A stretch of 58,349 bases of DNA from NCBI GenBank assembly GCA_030167865.1, contig JALAGF010004448.1, positions 1 through 58,349 of the forward strand. Reading direction: 5' to 3'. The notes under the pieces are model-generated. The model saw nothing but the letters and a program-made list of their open reading frames with translations. It had not been told where the DNA came from and ran no database searches. Below are positions 9,271 through 19,911 of this stretch, piece by piece; the stretch's first letter is position 1, and each line of letters begins with the position of its first letter. The position numbers and the translations under genes are program-made. This DNA is from Craspedostauros australis. Taxonomy: Eukaryota.

Positions 9271-11475
9271 ATGGGCAACGTCAACGCAAGAACAAGAACA
9301 AGAAAAGGCACAAGCACAAGCACAAGTACGACATTGGCACCATTCTCAACAGCAGCAGCCGCAATAGCAGCAACAAAAAAGGCAACGGACGAGCCACTCA
9401 AGATGATATCAGCAGCGGAACCAGCATCGAATGAAAGGCTAGCACACATGATGCCATCGCCATTGACATCGGCATCACCACCGCGTTCGTTTGAGAGAGC
9501 CCGATTGGTCTGTACGCGTCCTTCGGAAGTGCTCTCCGCCATTGCAGCATCAAGGAACAATGCTGCGAATGACATTCACAACAGCATTCCGATCAGCCAT
9601 CGTTGGTGGCCTGCTCTCATCTATGCCGACATGGACGAGTTCCACGAAGGAACCAAGCACGAGATCACCATTGACGCAAGCAATGACGCAATCGTTGACG
9701 CCAACGAACAACAGCTCTACGACATCATGAATCGCTCCATGCTTTGGGCGGATCAAGTCGATGCAATGGACGGAGCAGAAATCGCCGCCGTCTGCAACCG
9801 CATGCACTTCATTCGGTTCCTGGGTCTGCCGGTGTCGCACTACGTTCAGATCGGCGATGATGTGTTCCGCCACCTCTCCATCCGCCCGATGCACGATCCC
9901 AAGTGCCTGCTGGCCATGTCCACCGGTCATCGTTCCGCATCATCGGGCAGCGCAGACGAACAAACGCACTTCCGCAAAGCTATGCTTGCGGCTCAGGCAA
10001 TTCTGCGACAGAGCGTTCAGGAACAATCCGATGTGTATGATGCTCGAAAAATGGCACCCAAAGCAATGTCCGCTGATCGCCGACGGCTGATGCTGCCATC
10101 CACGGCCAAGCATGCGGTGAGTGCTCCTGTCAGCTTGGAACAACATCTGCGACAGACTGCAACGGTGGAACGAGCTCCAGCCAAGTCTCTTGTGTTGCAA
10201 TCGAGGATACCTATTCCTGAAGCAAGAAGTGTGCCTTCGATTCCAGCTCGTGCAAACACTGCAAGCTCACTTGGACGACCACAGCATGACTTGGATACGA
10301 CCAGCAATGCCAATCGCAGCAACACGAGTAGAGCTGGACCAATGAGCACACCCCAACAGACACACCTCGACATCGCACGCAGCGACAGGCCGATGATGGC
10401 AACGCCTCTACACCACAACAAAGATTCAACATTGTGCACGCCTCCAGCTACAGCTCAGCGCATGACGAGTCCTTCGCAGGACCATGGCAGCAGGCACCAG
10501 CGCAACGCAATGAATCAGGTCTCTCTTTCCACAGTGAAAACAGCGAACGGAACGAAGCCCCGACATGAACTCAACGCGAAGCAGACGGCGATGGCTCTCT
10601 TGGCTCTGCCATCTCTCGATTCCGACCACGCACCACTGAAGCACAAGAAGAATCCAGGCGTCTCCCGAAAGATTCTGCGTGCGACGAGCCGCGATTCGCA
10701 AGCAGAACAACCGAAGAAACCGGAGGTCAGTTACATTGAGGATGAGGAGCAGCTGCGCGATGACAATTCTTGGGCGTATTCTCACATCGCCCATGAGATC
10801 AACCGAAGCAAGGCCGTCCTGTCCACGACATCTGCACCTGCAGCGGCAACGGCAACGGCACCCTTGCCACAGGCGGGGACCACGGTTGCTGCAGCTTCAG
10901 ATCAAGCGAGGACGCCGCAGCCATTGATGACGGCAGACGAAGCCAAAACCATCCAAAACGACTGTCACAACGACAACGTCACAGTCTGCACAGCGGCCAC
11001 GGATGGCGTTGCTTCTTCCCTTCCCGTCGTTACCAACTGCGCCGACAGCGTCGCACAGGAACGTCCTCCCAATGAATACAACGTCCCGACCGACGCATCC
11101 TTCGACGTGGTTTGGGGACATTTGCAATTCGAGCACAATTGGAGCGCGCGTCCCGATCTGGACGGTGATGGGGATCTGCACTACTACCGTCCCAACACGC
11201 GCACGCGGGATGCTGCGGCTGGTCGCGATTTCTTCACGCGTCAGCAACTGGAACATTATCTGCGCACGCAATGTGGATGGAAGCACGAGTCTGCGGAAGA
11301 TTGTGAAAGCGATGGCGATACTTCCATTCATCATTCACCAACAGACCGGCAACAGGAACAACGCAAACGATGCCTCTCGCCATCTTCAGTTCACCCTTCG
11401 CCACATCAAGGCGAGACCAAGAAGAAGATGAGGCGGTCACTCACTGCAAGGACAGATGGAGAGCGAAGCAAATGA
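9271..11475 (+). CDS. Hypothetical protein, 734 aa, with an N-terminal PWWP-like motif and a Trp/Tyr-rich C-terminal domain; possibly nuclear/chromatin-associated
   Basis: Uninterrupted ORF. Motifs HRWWPALIY...FIRFLG and FDVVWGHLQFEHNW...YYRP...GRDFF...YLRTQCGW; basic NLS-like end KKKMRR. Confidence 0.75.
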   Translation: MGNVNARTRTRKGTSTSTSTTLAPFSTAAAAIAATKKATDEPLKMISAAEPASNERLAHMMPSPLTSASPPRSFERARLVCTRPSEVLSAIAASRNNAANDIHNSIPISHRWWPALIYADMDEFHEGTKHEITIDASNDAIVDANEQQLYDIMNRSMLWADQVDAMDGAEIAAVCNRMHFIRFLGLPVSHYVQIGDDVFRHLSIRPMHDPKCLLAMSTGHRSASSGSADEQTHFRKAMLAAQAILRQSVQEQSDVYDARKMAPKAMSADRRRLMLPSTAKHAVSAPVSLEQHLRQTATVERAPAKSLVLQSRIPIPEARSVPSIPARANTASSLGRPQHDLDTTSNANRSNTSRAGPMSTPQQTHLDIARSDRPMMATPLHHNKDSTLCTPPATAQRMTSPSQDHGSRHQRNAMNQVSLSTVKTANGTKPRHELNAKQTAMALLALPSLDSDHAPLKHKKNPGVSRKILRATSRDSQAEQPKKPEVSYIEDEEQLRDDNSWAYSHIAHEINRSKAVLSTTSAPAAATATAPLPQAGTTVAAASDQARTPQPLMTADEAKTIQNDCHNDNVTVCTAATDGVASSLPVVTNCADSVAQERPPNEYNVPTDASFDVVWGHLQFEHNWSARPDLDGDGDLHYYRPNTRTRDAAAGRDFFTRQQLEHYLRTQCGWKHESAEDCESDGDTSIHHSPTDRQQEQRKRCLSPSSVHPSPHQGETKKKMRRSLTARTDGERSK

Positions 11476-11677
11476 ATGGGTACGATTGGGAATAGAAAGC
11501 TGTGCGCAAGAGGCTCGGAATAGGAGGACAATTAGGGTGCAACTGGACAAGCATACGTTGCATGCGACGTGTCGCAAGGGGAACGCGGCATCCGAACTCA
11601 AACAGTCCAACATGGTCAAGAATAAGCGCGTACGCACGTTGCGAGTACAAGTCATAAATGAAGTAACTCTTCTTCTG

Positions 11678-14600
11678 TCATTTTCGTTTCCGCTTAGCCT
11701 CGAGCTGCGCTTTAAGCTGCATCTTCAATTTGGCAGTGTTACTTTGCAGAGCCTTGAGCTGAGCAGCAATCTCCTCCGGAGACTTGCCCGCGTGTTGTTG
11801 CGGTGCCTTGGATGGTTCTTTCTTCTTCGTCTTCTTGCCTGACTTTTTCGATGCCTCGGTCGAGGTCTGCAGCAATCGTCTTCGCAGATGATCCGGGATG
11901 TGGAAGGAGCGCGATTTCGTGTCCATGTTGCTGTTGCTGTCATCGTTTTCATCCGCGCCGCCGCCGCCAGACATGATCTGCTGCATCTTCTCGCTTCTAC
12001 CGCCCTTGTTGGAATGCTTGTCCTCCATCTTTTGGAATCGATTGAGGATGGAGGCGGCGCTGCGGAATCCTCCTGATTTGCTGGGGATGGTGGCGGGAGC
12101 GCTGCGGTTGGGTGCGTCATGGTCATCTCCGCCATAGATGTTGGAACCGTTGCGCGATGGTCCCGTGATGTTAAGGCCGCCGACATTCCAGCATTCATCG
12201 CCCCAATCCTGCGCCAGTTTGTCTTCGTCCATATCACCGTGCGGTTTGCTCCATTGGCCATCCCATTGCTGCTTACTCTTGCGACCCCGCGATTTGGAAA
12301 AGCCACCGTGAGCAAGCGCCTTTGCGGTTTGGATATTGCGTCGCACCTTGTCGCCATTGTCACAGTAGTCGCATGTTTTGTTGCAAATGCACTTGTTCCT
12401 GTCACCGAAATGGTTGAGCAGATGCTTTCTGCGGCAGCCATCGTTGAGGGCGTACTCTGTCATCTGCTCGAGCGCATCCAGCTTGTTTTGCAGCGCCTTC
12501 TTGTGCTCAGGCTTTGAGTGCTGCTTGTTGATGAGAAAGGAGAACGTGCGAACATCCTGATGGGAGAAATAGAGCAGGCTGTGGCTTGGCAGGCCGTCCC
12601 GACCAGCACGGCCTGACTCCTGGTAGAAGGCCTCGATGGATTTGGCCATCGACCAGTGGATAACGTAACGCACGTGCGCCAGATCGATGCCCATGCCGAA
12701 TGCGACCGTGGCAACGGCCACCTGGATCTGCCCGTTGGACCATTCCTGCTGCACACGCTGGCGTTCATCCTTCTTGAGCCCGGCGTGGTAGGAGGCTGCT
12801 TCGATGCCGGCCTTGCACAATGCTTTGGTGATGAGATTCGTGTCTGCGCGTTTGTGCACGTAGACAATGCCGCTGCATGGAGGAGGCTTCTGCCCTTTCG
12901 CCGTTGTCACAGCAGGTGTACTGCTGCTGGTACTACTACTGATGCTGCCGCTGCCGCTGCCGCTGTCTGTGTTGCCATTCTTCTCGCCATTCTTACTCTT
13001 GCCGCCGTCTCCAGCATTCGTATTTGCGTTTGTCTTTGTATCCGTTTCCTGATGCCGCCTCTTGACGTACTTGGTGAGATCAGCGAGGGCGCCACCATCC
13101 ACAACATCATCAAGGACATCACGATATCTCACCTGCAAATTGTTGGTCGAGTATTGAAGAAGAGGAGAGTAGAGCAGAGTCGACGGGTACGCACAGTGTC
13201 AGCAATGTATGAGGTGCTGTAGTTGACATGTGCAACAGCAGAGTAGGTACATACAGCAGGAATGCAATACAAATACAACGCACACACGCACAAACGCACA
13301 CGGGGACGCACCTTGTAAAAAATGTTGGGACGATCAAAGGAGCCGACGAAGAGCGGGCTCTTGTCCAACTTCAACGTCGACTGGATGTCGCGGATGACCT
13401 TTGGCGTCGCGGTGGCTGTCAGGGCGACCAGTGGGACATTCGGGAAGGAAGTTGCCAACGAGGAGAGTTTGCGGTAGGCCGGGCGGAAGTCATGTCCCCA
13501 GCTGGACAGGCAATGCGCCTCGTCGATGGCGAAGAGCGCTAGGCGGTTGGCATCGTGGAGCTTGTGCAGGATAGATTGGAATCGTTGCGTTTGAATGGAT
13601 TCGGGAGTAATGTAGAGAAGTACGAGTGGCTTTGTGTTCTTGTTGTTGTAAGTTGACGATGATGATTGCGAAGCGGAGGGATTGGTGGTGAAGAGACGGT
13701 CCAGGACCTCCCTGTTCTGCTTGGCGGTTTGGTTGGAGGAGATGAGGGCGGCAGGAATCCCCTTCTGATTGAGGGCATCGACCTGGTCAGTCATCAAGGC
13801 GAGCAGAGGCGAAATGACCAGCGTGACCCCTCCGAGAACGACCGCAGGAAGCTGGTAGCACAGACTCTTGCCTCCTCCAGTGGCCATGACAACCATGTGG
13901 CTTTGATGGTTGAGCGAAGCCTTGACAGATTTGGGTTGCAAGTTGCGCAACGATGGTATGTTGAAGGTCGATTGCATGATTTGCTGCGCATCCTTCCACA
14001 GTTGATCATTGTGACTGTTGCTGCTGTTGTTGCTGCTGTTGTTGCTGCTGTTGTAGTTGCTGCTCCTTCTTCGGACAGTGGGATGGTACGGAAAGTTGAA
14101 GGAGGATTGGTCCTGCCTGAACATCGGCGCCAGCGTCTTGCTCTTTGAGCTGCTCTTTGGACTGCTGTCAGCTTTGATCCTCTTGTTACCGCTGCTGTGT
14201 CTGCTACTCTGTTGACCACCCACATAAACTTTCTCGTTGCGGATGTCATTGTCAGCGCTTCGTTTTCTTTCGTTCTTCTGCTTCTGTTTCTGCTGCGAGG
14301 AGGCAGACTTGTTCTTCGATCGACTGTCGGCATTGCCAGTAGCTGTGGCGGTCGTACCAGCAGTCTTGCTAGCAGTCTTGCTTGCAGCCGCTGTCCCAAA
14401 CAAAGTGAGCTGGCGATGCGTCTTGGGAGCCATCGATCTGCCTCGCTTCTCTGTCGTCTTTGTTATTCTCCGCGACGTTGATGCCGACGTTGATGCCGAT
14501 GCTGATGATGTTGATGTCGGCATCAACTTTAGAGCAGGTCGCAACGCCTTGGGCAACGACAACGCAGACGGTGCCGACGCTGACGTGCGTGACGGCCTTC

Positions 14601-14679
14601 TGGTGTGACACAGCTCACAGTGCGTCGCATTATCATTGCCATCGTTGATGAACGTGCATGCATTGCAACACCATGTCAT
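11678..14679 (-). CDS. recQ: RecQ-family ATP-dependent DNA helicase, about 940 aa, with an N-terminal RanBP2-type zinc finger; exons 14679-13312 and 13132-11678
   Basis: Motifs [89 protein letters not shown] and the RQC Zn motif [11 protein letters not shown]...CDYC. A phase-0 GT-AG intron at 13311-13133 joins the two ORFs. Confidence 0.95.
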
Positions 14680-15262
14680 GGTTGGATTATATAATACGTG
14701 CGAGTGTGAGCACGGACAGGAACGGAAGTTGTGGTACCTACCATACGCAACAATGAGAGAGGCAACAGACACCGTGTTCTGCCTCATCATGTTCCAAGAA
14801 CGAGGTCCGCGTCCTCGGTCTTTGGTGGACTGTGTGCGCAAAATCGTGGAGATCTTGTCGTGTGTTTGTTCTTGTTGTTGCGCGGTTGGACCACTGCTCG
14901 TGATTTTGAATTTGAAACTACGGTCATCGCAGTCGAATATCGCGTGTCTCGATCAAGTCATGCATCGATCCGTTGGGCGCGTCTGTCCGCATGTCAGAAT
15001 TGCCGGAAAAATCCGCAGGTGGATTGGTCGTGACAACTGGATGACGATGACCCTTCGCGATGACCGTGGGCGAAATCTGCTCGCACACAATCTCGGCTCA
15101 CATTCCGCAACTCAGTGTCTGCCTCCACAATCTCAATTTGGTGGTAGCTCACATTGCTATTATCGATCGTATTGGTATAATAGGTTGCATGCACCCATTC
15201 CGACTCCAATCGACAACACACAAGACCATCGACACGAAGACAAGCCAGGACACGATAAGATC

Positions 15263-18100
15263 ATGCCAGCGCAACGCGACGATCACGAGGACGCGTTCGA
15301 CGACGCAGACGATGACTATGATTCGGACAGGGATCGCAACGAGCTGGAATCCGAAAGCGAAGGAGAGTACTCCAGCGGAGAGGAGGAGGAGGAAAGCGAC
15401 GAAGATGGCGAAGAGGAGAGCGAGGAAGGAAGCGAAGAAGAAGAGACGGACGATGAAGAGGACGACGATGACGACGACGACGACGACGAGGAGGATGAAG
15501 ATGAAGATCTAGACTCAGATGAGGACGAAGATGAAGGAGAGACCGACGACGATGAAGAGGAAGAAGAATCTGATGAAGACGAAGATGACGATGATGATGA
15601 CGACGAGGACGAAGATGATGACGAGCAAGAGGAAGGAGACGGTTATTGGGATACGGATAATGAAGATGACAACGATGACGACGACGATGATGACGAAGAA
15701 GAAACTGATGATAGCGAGGAAGAAGACGATGATGATGATGATGACGACGATGAAGAAGAAACTGACGATAGCGATGAGGAAGAGGAGGAGGGGAGCGATG
15801 AAGACTTTGAGGATGAACCAGGTTATGGCGAGAGAAACGCCCTGGTGCCCACCAACGTCAATATCGAAGACAACGGCAGCGAATTCGATGCGGACGAGCG
15901 GCTACCCGATGACGAAGAGGACGAGCATGATGAGGAGAAGGCAGCTGCCTCGCGCCGTGCCATCTACATCCTCGTTCTCTGCTGCTGCATTCTGGTTCTC
16001 ATCGCCGTGGGTGTGGTGCTCGCGCTCCTCTTCGTCAACAAAGATGACGACGACAAAAAGTCTACCAAGCAGCTGGGGCCAACCATTGCACCGACGCCGA
16101 TCAGTGCTGGCAACACCACGACCCCGACGATGGGACCCACGCGGAGGACGCTGCCGTCCAGGTTCGAATACACCGCCGTGTCTGACACATACGTTCGAGG
16201 CGGGAACTTTGCCACGCAAGCCTTCGGGACGCAGAACTTCCTCTCCATCCGAGATGTTGCTTCCAATCCATCCGAGACCAGCTACGCCCTTCTCACCTTC
16301 GACCTCACGCGCCTGCCATCGCTCGACAACCTGCCCGAGGACATCTCAGGCGTCAGTCTCCAGCTTGAGCATCAGCCCGGTTCCACCGGCGCGTCGCCCA
16401 TCCTGCAGGTCCGCCGGATAGTGGACATGCCCAACGTCGATCTGGAGAAGGCGACTTGGGAATCGTTGAACCCGACCATAAAGTCTTCCAGCATCCAGGA
16501 TGGCAAGAAGTTCCAGGTCTTCGACACCGACTTCGTCGTCAACGTCGACATTTCGGACCTCCTGGGCCTCACGACCACCACCAATTCACGATCTAGGAGA
16601 CAGCTGCGCGCTTCGCAGCACCAGAAACAGCGGCGGCGGCAAGAGCAGACTGAACAAAACCAACTAAGTCGCACAACCCTGAAGCAGGTCACGTTGCAGA
16701 TCATTAGCGACTCCAACAACGCCGTCGGCACGCTCTTCCAAAGCCGCGACACCGCCAACGGTTCGAAGCAACCAAAGATCGTCCTGGAGTTCACGGGTCC
16801 GATCCCCACACCCGCACCAACCCTGTCACCAAGGCCCACCACCAGCCCCAGGCCATCGGCGTCGCCCACGATCAGCCAGGCGCCCTCCGTCACCTCGCAG
16901 CCAACATCCGGGCCCACCTCATCGCCAACACGAACGACGCGCCCGACCGCCACGGCCAAGCCAACCTCGTCTCCGACGCTCAGTCAGCAGCCAACTCGAA
17001 CGGCGCGACCGTCTGCCACTCCCACCGACAGCTTTGCACCGACCAGAGCACCAACAGGATCCCCTTCCTCCAGCGCTCAACCATCGGCGTGTTCCGGCCA
17101 GTTCGAGCCGGAACTGATCTTCACGCAGCCACCGCCGCGAGAGTTGCCAGATGGGGCCGTCTCGATCATTGCACAGAGCGGTACCCAGGCGACGGTCCGC
17201 GTGCGACAGATCTTCACCAACGCCGACCTGGACTGGATGGCGCCGTCCTTCCTGGACCAGGCCACCAACAACCAGGTCTGCAACAAGCAGCGCAACGTGG
17301 CATTCCAAGCAGTCAACGACTACACCATCCGATGTTTGGCGGAACAGTTCGGAATCTTTGACCTCATCGTCAATGATGCTAACATCCCGACGGGCCCCGT
17401 GCTCAGCTTGCCGGATTCGTGCACCACCGGCGAATCGGATGACCTGCCGAACAATCAGATCATGTACCGATTCCGCATCCCGTGCAAGGTTCCGGCCTGC
17501 ACCTCGTCCCCGGCACCCACGAAGAGCCTCTTGCCGTCCGCCGCCCCGACCACCACCAGGACGCCCACACCAATGCCAACGAGCGTACCCACGGCATTGC
17601 CCACCATCTTCACAACGTCCGCGCCCACGGCTCCCAAAACATCGTCGCCGACGCAGAGTGCGGCTCCCAGCGAGTGCATCGAGCAATTCCGCCCGCAGCT
17701 GTCAGGAACCTTTGGAACGAAGGTGGATCTGCCGGACGGTGCCGTCACCATCATTAATCAGGGTGGCAACACGGTCCGCCTCAAAATCACGCAGCTGTGG
17801 TCCACTAGCGACATTTTTTGGATTGCCCCGTACTACCAGATCGGAGGCACCGGGACCTACAAATGCGAGAAGAACAATGAGATCGCACCACTCGAGGAGC
17901 TCGAAGAGGTGCTGGATTGCTTCCAAGGGTTCGTCAACTTCAACGTCGTTCTCAACGATTCCAGCTTCCCGTCCGGGCCCGTCCTGGGAGATCTCCCCGG
18001 ATGCGCGGATGACTTCTTCGACATCCGAGGCAAGAAGGTCGGCTACAGCTTCAACGTCCAGTGCAGAGAGCCAACGTGCGAACTTCCCACCGAAGCGTAG
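15263..18100 (+). CDS. Type II membrane protein, about 945 aa: acidic N-terminus, one TM helix, CBM96/DNRLRE-like domain, Pro/Thr/Ser stalk, two Cys-rich repeat domains
   Basis: ATG at 15263 follows a CA-rich leader. About 220 aa of D/E, then TM AIYILVLCCCILVLIAVGVVLALLFV. Domain pattern DTYVRGG..FG...YALLTFDL...ATW...VDISDL...FQSRD...PKIVLEF; then PT/SPT repeats and two homologous six-Cys domains at 17090-17500 and 17675-18079. Confidence 0.85.
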   Translation: MPAQRDDHEDAFDDADDDYDSDRDRNELESESEGEYSSGEEEEESDEDGEEESEEGSEEEETDDEEDDDDDDDDDEEDEDEDLDSDEDEDEGETDDDEEEEESDEDEDDDDDDDEDEDDDEQEEGDGYWDTDNEDDNDDDDDDDEEETDDSEEEDDDDDDDDDEEETDDSDEEEEEGSDEDFEDEPGYGERNALVPTNVNIEDNGSEFDADERLPDDEEDEHDEEKAAASRRAIYILVLCCCILVLIAVGVVLALLFVNKDDDDKKSTKQLGPTIAPTPISAGNTTTPTMGPTRRTLPSRFEYTAVSDTYVRGGNFATQAFGTQNFLSIRDVASNPSETSYALLTFDLTRLPSLDNLPEDISGVSLQLEHQPGSTGASPILQVRRIVDMPNVDLEKATWESLNPTIKSSSIQDGKKFQVFDTDFVVNVDISDLLGLTTTTNSRSRRQLRASQHQKQRRRQEQTEQNQLSRTTLKQVTLQIISDSNNAVGTLFQSRDTANGSKQPKIVLEFTGPIPTPAPTLSPRPTTSPRPSASPTISQAPSVTSQPTSGPTSSPTRTTRPTATAKPTSSPTLSQQPTRTARPSATPTDSFAPTRAPTGSPSSSAQPSACSGQFEPELIFTQPPPRELPDGAVSIIAQSGTQATVRVRQIFTNADLDWMAPSFLDQATNNQVCNKQRNVAFQAVNDYTIRCLAEQFGIFDLIVNDANIPTGPVLSLPDSCTTGESDDLPNNQIMYRFRIPCKVPACTSSPAPTKSLLPSAAPTTTRTPTPMPTSVPTALPTIFTTSAPTAPKTSSPTQSAAPSECIEQFRPQLSGTFGTKVDLPDGAVTIINQGGNTVRLKITQLWSTSDIFWIAPYYQIGGTGTYKCEKNNEIAPLEELEEVLDCFQGFVNFNVVLNDSSFPSGPVLGDLPGCADDFFDIRGKKVGYSFNVQCREPTCELPTEA
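15278..15938 (+). repeat. Low-complexity (GAN)n coding tract (poly-Asp/Glu) with an internal duplication of DDDDDDDEEETDDS
   Basis: Read directly; purine-rich GAC/GAT/GAA/GAG codon runs. Confidence 0.9.
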
Positions 18101-19911
18101 AATAGACGAAGCCAGAGGGATAGCGCGGCCGGGTGTGAGCGAGGGTGCGAGCGCGAGTCCACGCAGGCTGGCGTTTCCTCTTGTGCAAAGCTTCACCCAA
18201 ATGGAGGACAAGCTTATGGACAAGCACGTGAGCAACAAGGAGACGAGCAGCCCCAGACATTGACCGTCTGTCTGGTTTGCTCGTGGAACGGCAAGCCCGT
18301 GATCGTGGGGACGAGGAAGAGAAGCAACCAAACAGAAGCAACGGTGGCGCCAAACAGCGCAGCCAAGTGATGATACCAGAGCGTATCAGTTAAGTGTGAG
18401 TGTGATGCCCGTCTATCTAATTGTAAACTAGAATACGCATGGCACATGTTGGCCCTTTTGCGTCGTGGCGAACAGAGCCGCATGCTGCACCATCCGAGCA
18501 GCGAAGGAGGAAACGGCGGATCAATGAGAACGATGGCCTGCCATTGCCTTCTGTTGACTCAACGCTTGTGGAGACAGGTCATGTGCATCTTGATGTTCAC
18601 ACGCTGTGGTGGATGCATCGTAGCGGCCTCTCCTCGTGCCTCTTTGGCTAGTCACCTCCACGAGTACGAGCACGAGTACGAGTACGATTGCGAACGAGAA
18701 GGAAGCCAAGATCCGTCTGCCGCTTTGTACCTCGGCTGATCGCGGCGGTCTCAAGCCGGGGTTCTTGTTGTGTCCCTTTTGGAGAGAGATCGCGTGTGTT
18801 GATGCCGTCATGGAGAACGGAAGACGAGCAGAAATCTTCCAAGGCGGCCAGAAAGAAACCGCGATGGGAGAGTGTGACTGTGACACAGGTGAGCTCCGCG
18901 TACAAGTACTGTACGACAGTAGTAGAAGTTCTGCAGAGCATCAAGGCAGCACTGAACAGAACACAAGGCGCGAAGCGAACGACAGGGAGAGGAGTTGAGT
19001 GGATTACAATGAACCCGTAATCGTTCATCGAGCCATGGGGGGCGCTCGTTTTGTCTTTCGCCACGAACCCACTCATCCGTACTCACACATCTCATGTGAC
19101 CGCCGAATCTCTTCGCATCCGCGAACAGGTGGATGGGCCTTCTTCGTGAACGAGGGGAAGGACGAAATGACCGAATGTTCTCATGGAATACTATTTCGTT
19201 GTCATGGTCTTGCCGGTTACTCTTCCTCGTACGTATAATACCGTAGGTTGGACGAGAACGAGCTGTCATCAAGAAGAAGAACACCCACCGCGGCAACGAC
19301 GAGCGACGCAGCCCGTACAATCGCTCCACCCTCACTCTTGGTTTGTTGATGGCCTTCCCTTGCAGGTTATCTGCGCTGCTACTCTGTCACGGTGCCGTCC
19401 TGGTCGAAGCCAAGGGAGGAAACGGTTTGGGGTTATGTCTGACCTCGGTGGACCATTGTTGCCATTTATTCACGAAACGGAAAAGGTAGGATCGTGCAAT
19501 CACCACTCTGAACCTTCACTCGGTGGCACCATTGCACCAGATGTATTGGGACGGTAGGACCTCTCATCATAGTCGTAGAATACCAGTCATCATACAAACA
19601 CAGCGCACCTGGCATTCACCACTGCCGCTGTCGTCGTCGCTGCCGTCATTACCATCGTAGTCGTAGTCATTGCCACCATCACATCTTCACCTTCACAAAA
19701 TCGGAGTCCCCACTTTCGCAAACCAAACGACCGGTGATCCTCTTCACTCCACATCGCAGTCCTTGCCGATCTGCTCGATAGAATTGCGTCAGGGAGCATT
19801 TGGCCAGAGCACACCCATCCAACGCTGCGAGTGCAACAACGCTGCGATCACATTTCCGCAACCACACCATTCAAGTTCCGAGCACAAAACCAGCAACCAG
19901 CGATCACCACC

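Noticed and set aside
14636-15262. N-terminal 209 aa of the 1154-aa ORF and the upstream part of the RecQ ORF
   Set aside because: Non-ATG start, overlap with the RecQ start and non-coding composition; better read as the shared divergent promoter (14680-15262).
18101-19911. Short ORFs between the adhesin-like gene and the cyclase
   Set aside because: No recognisable motifs, codon bias or consistent splice model.
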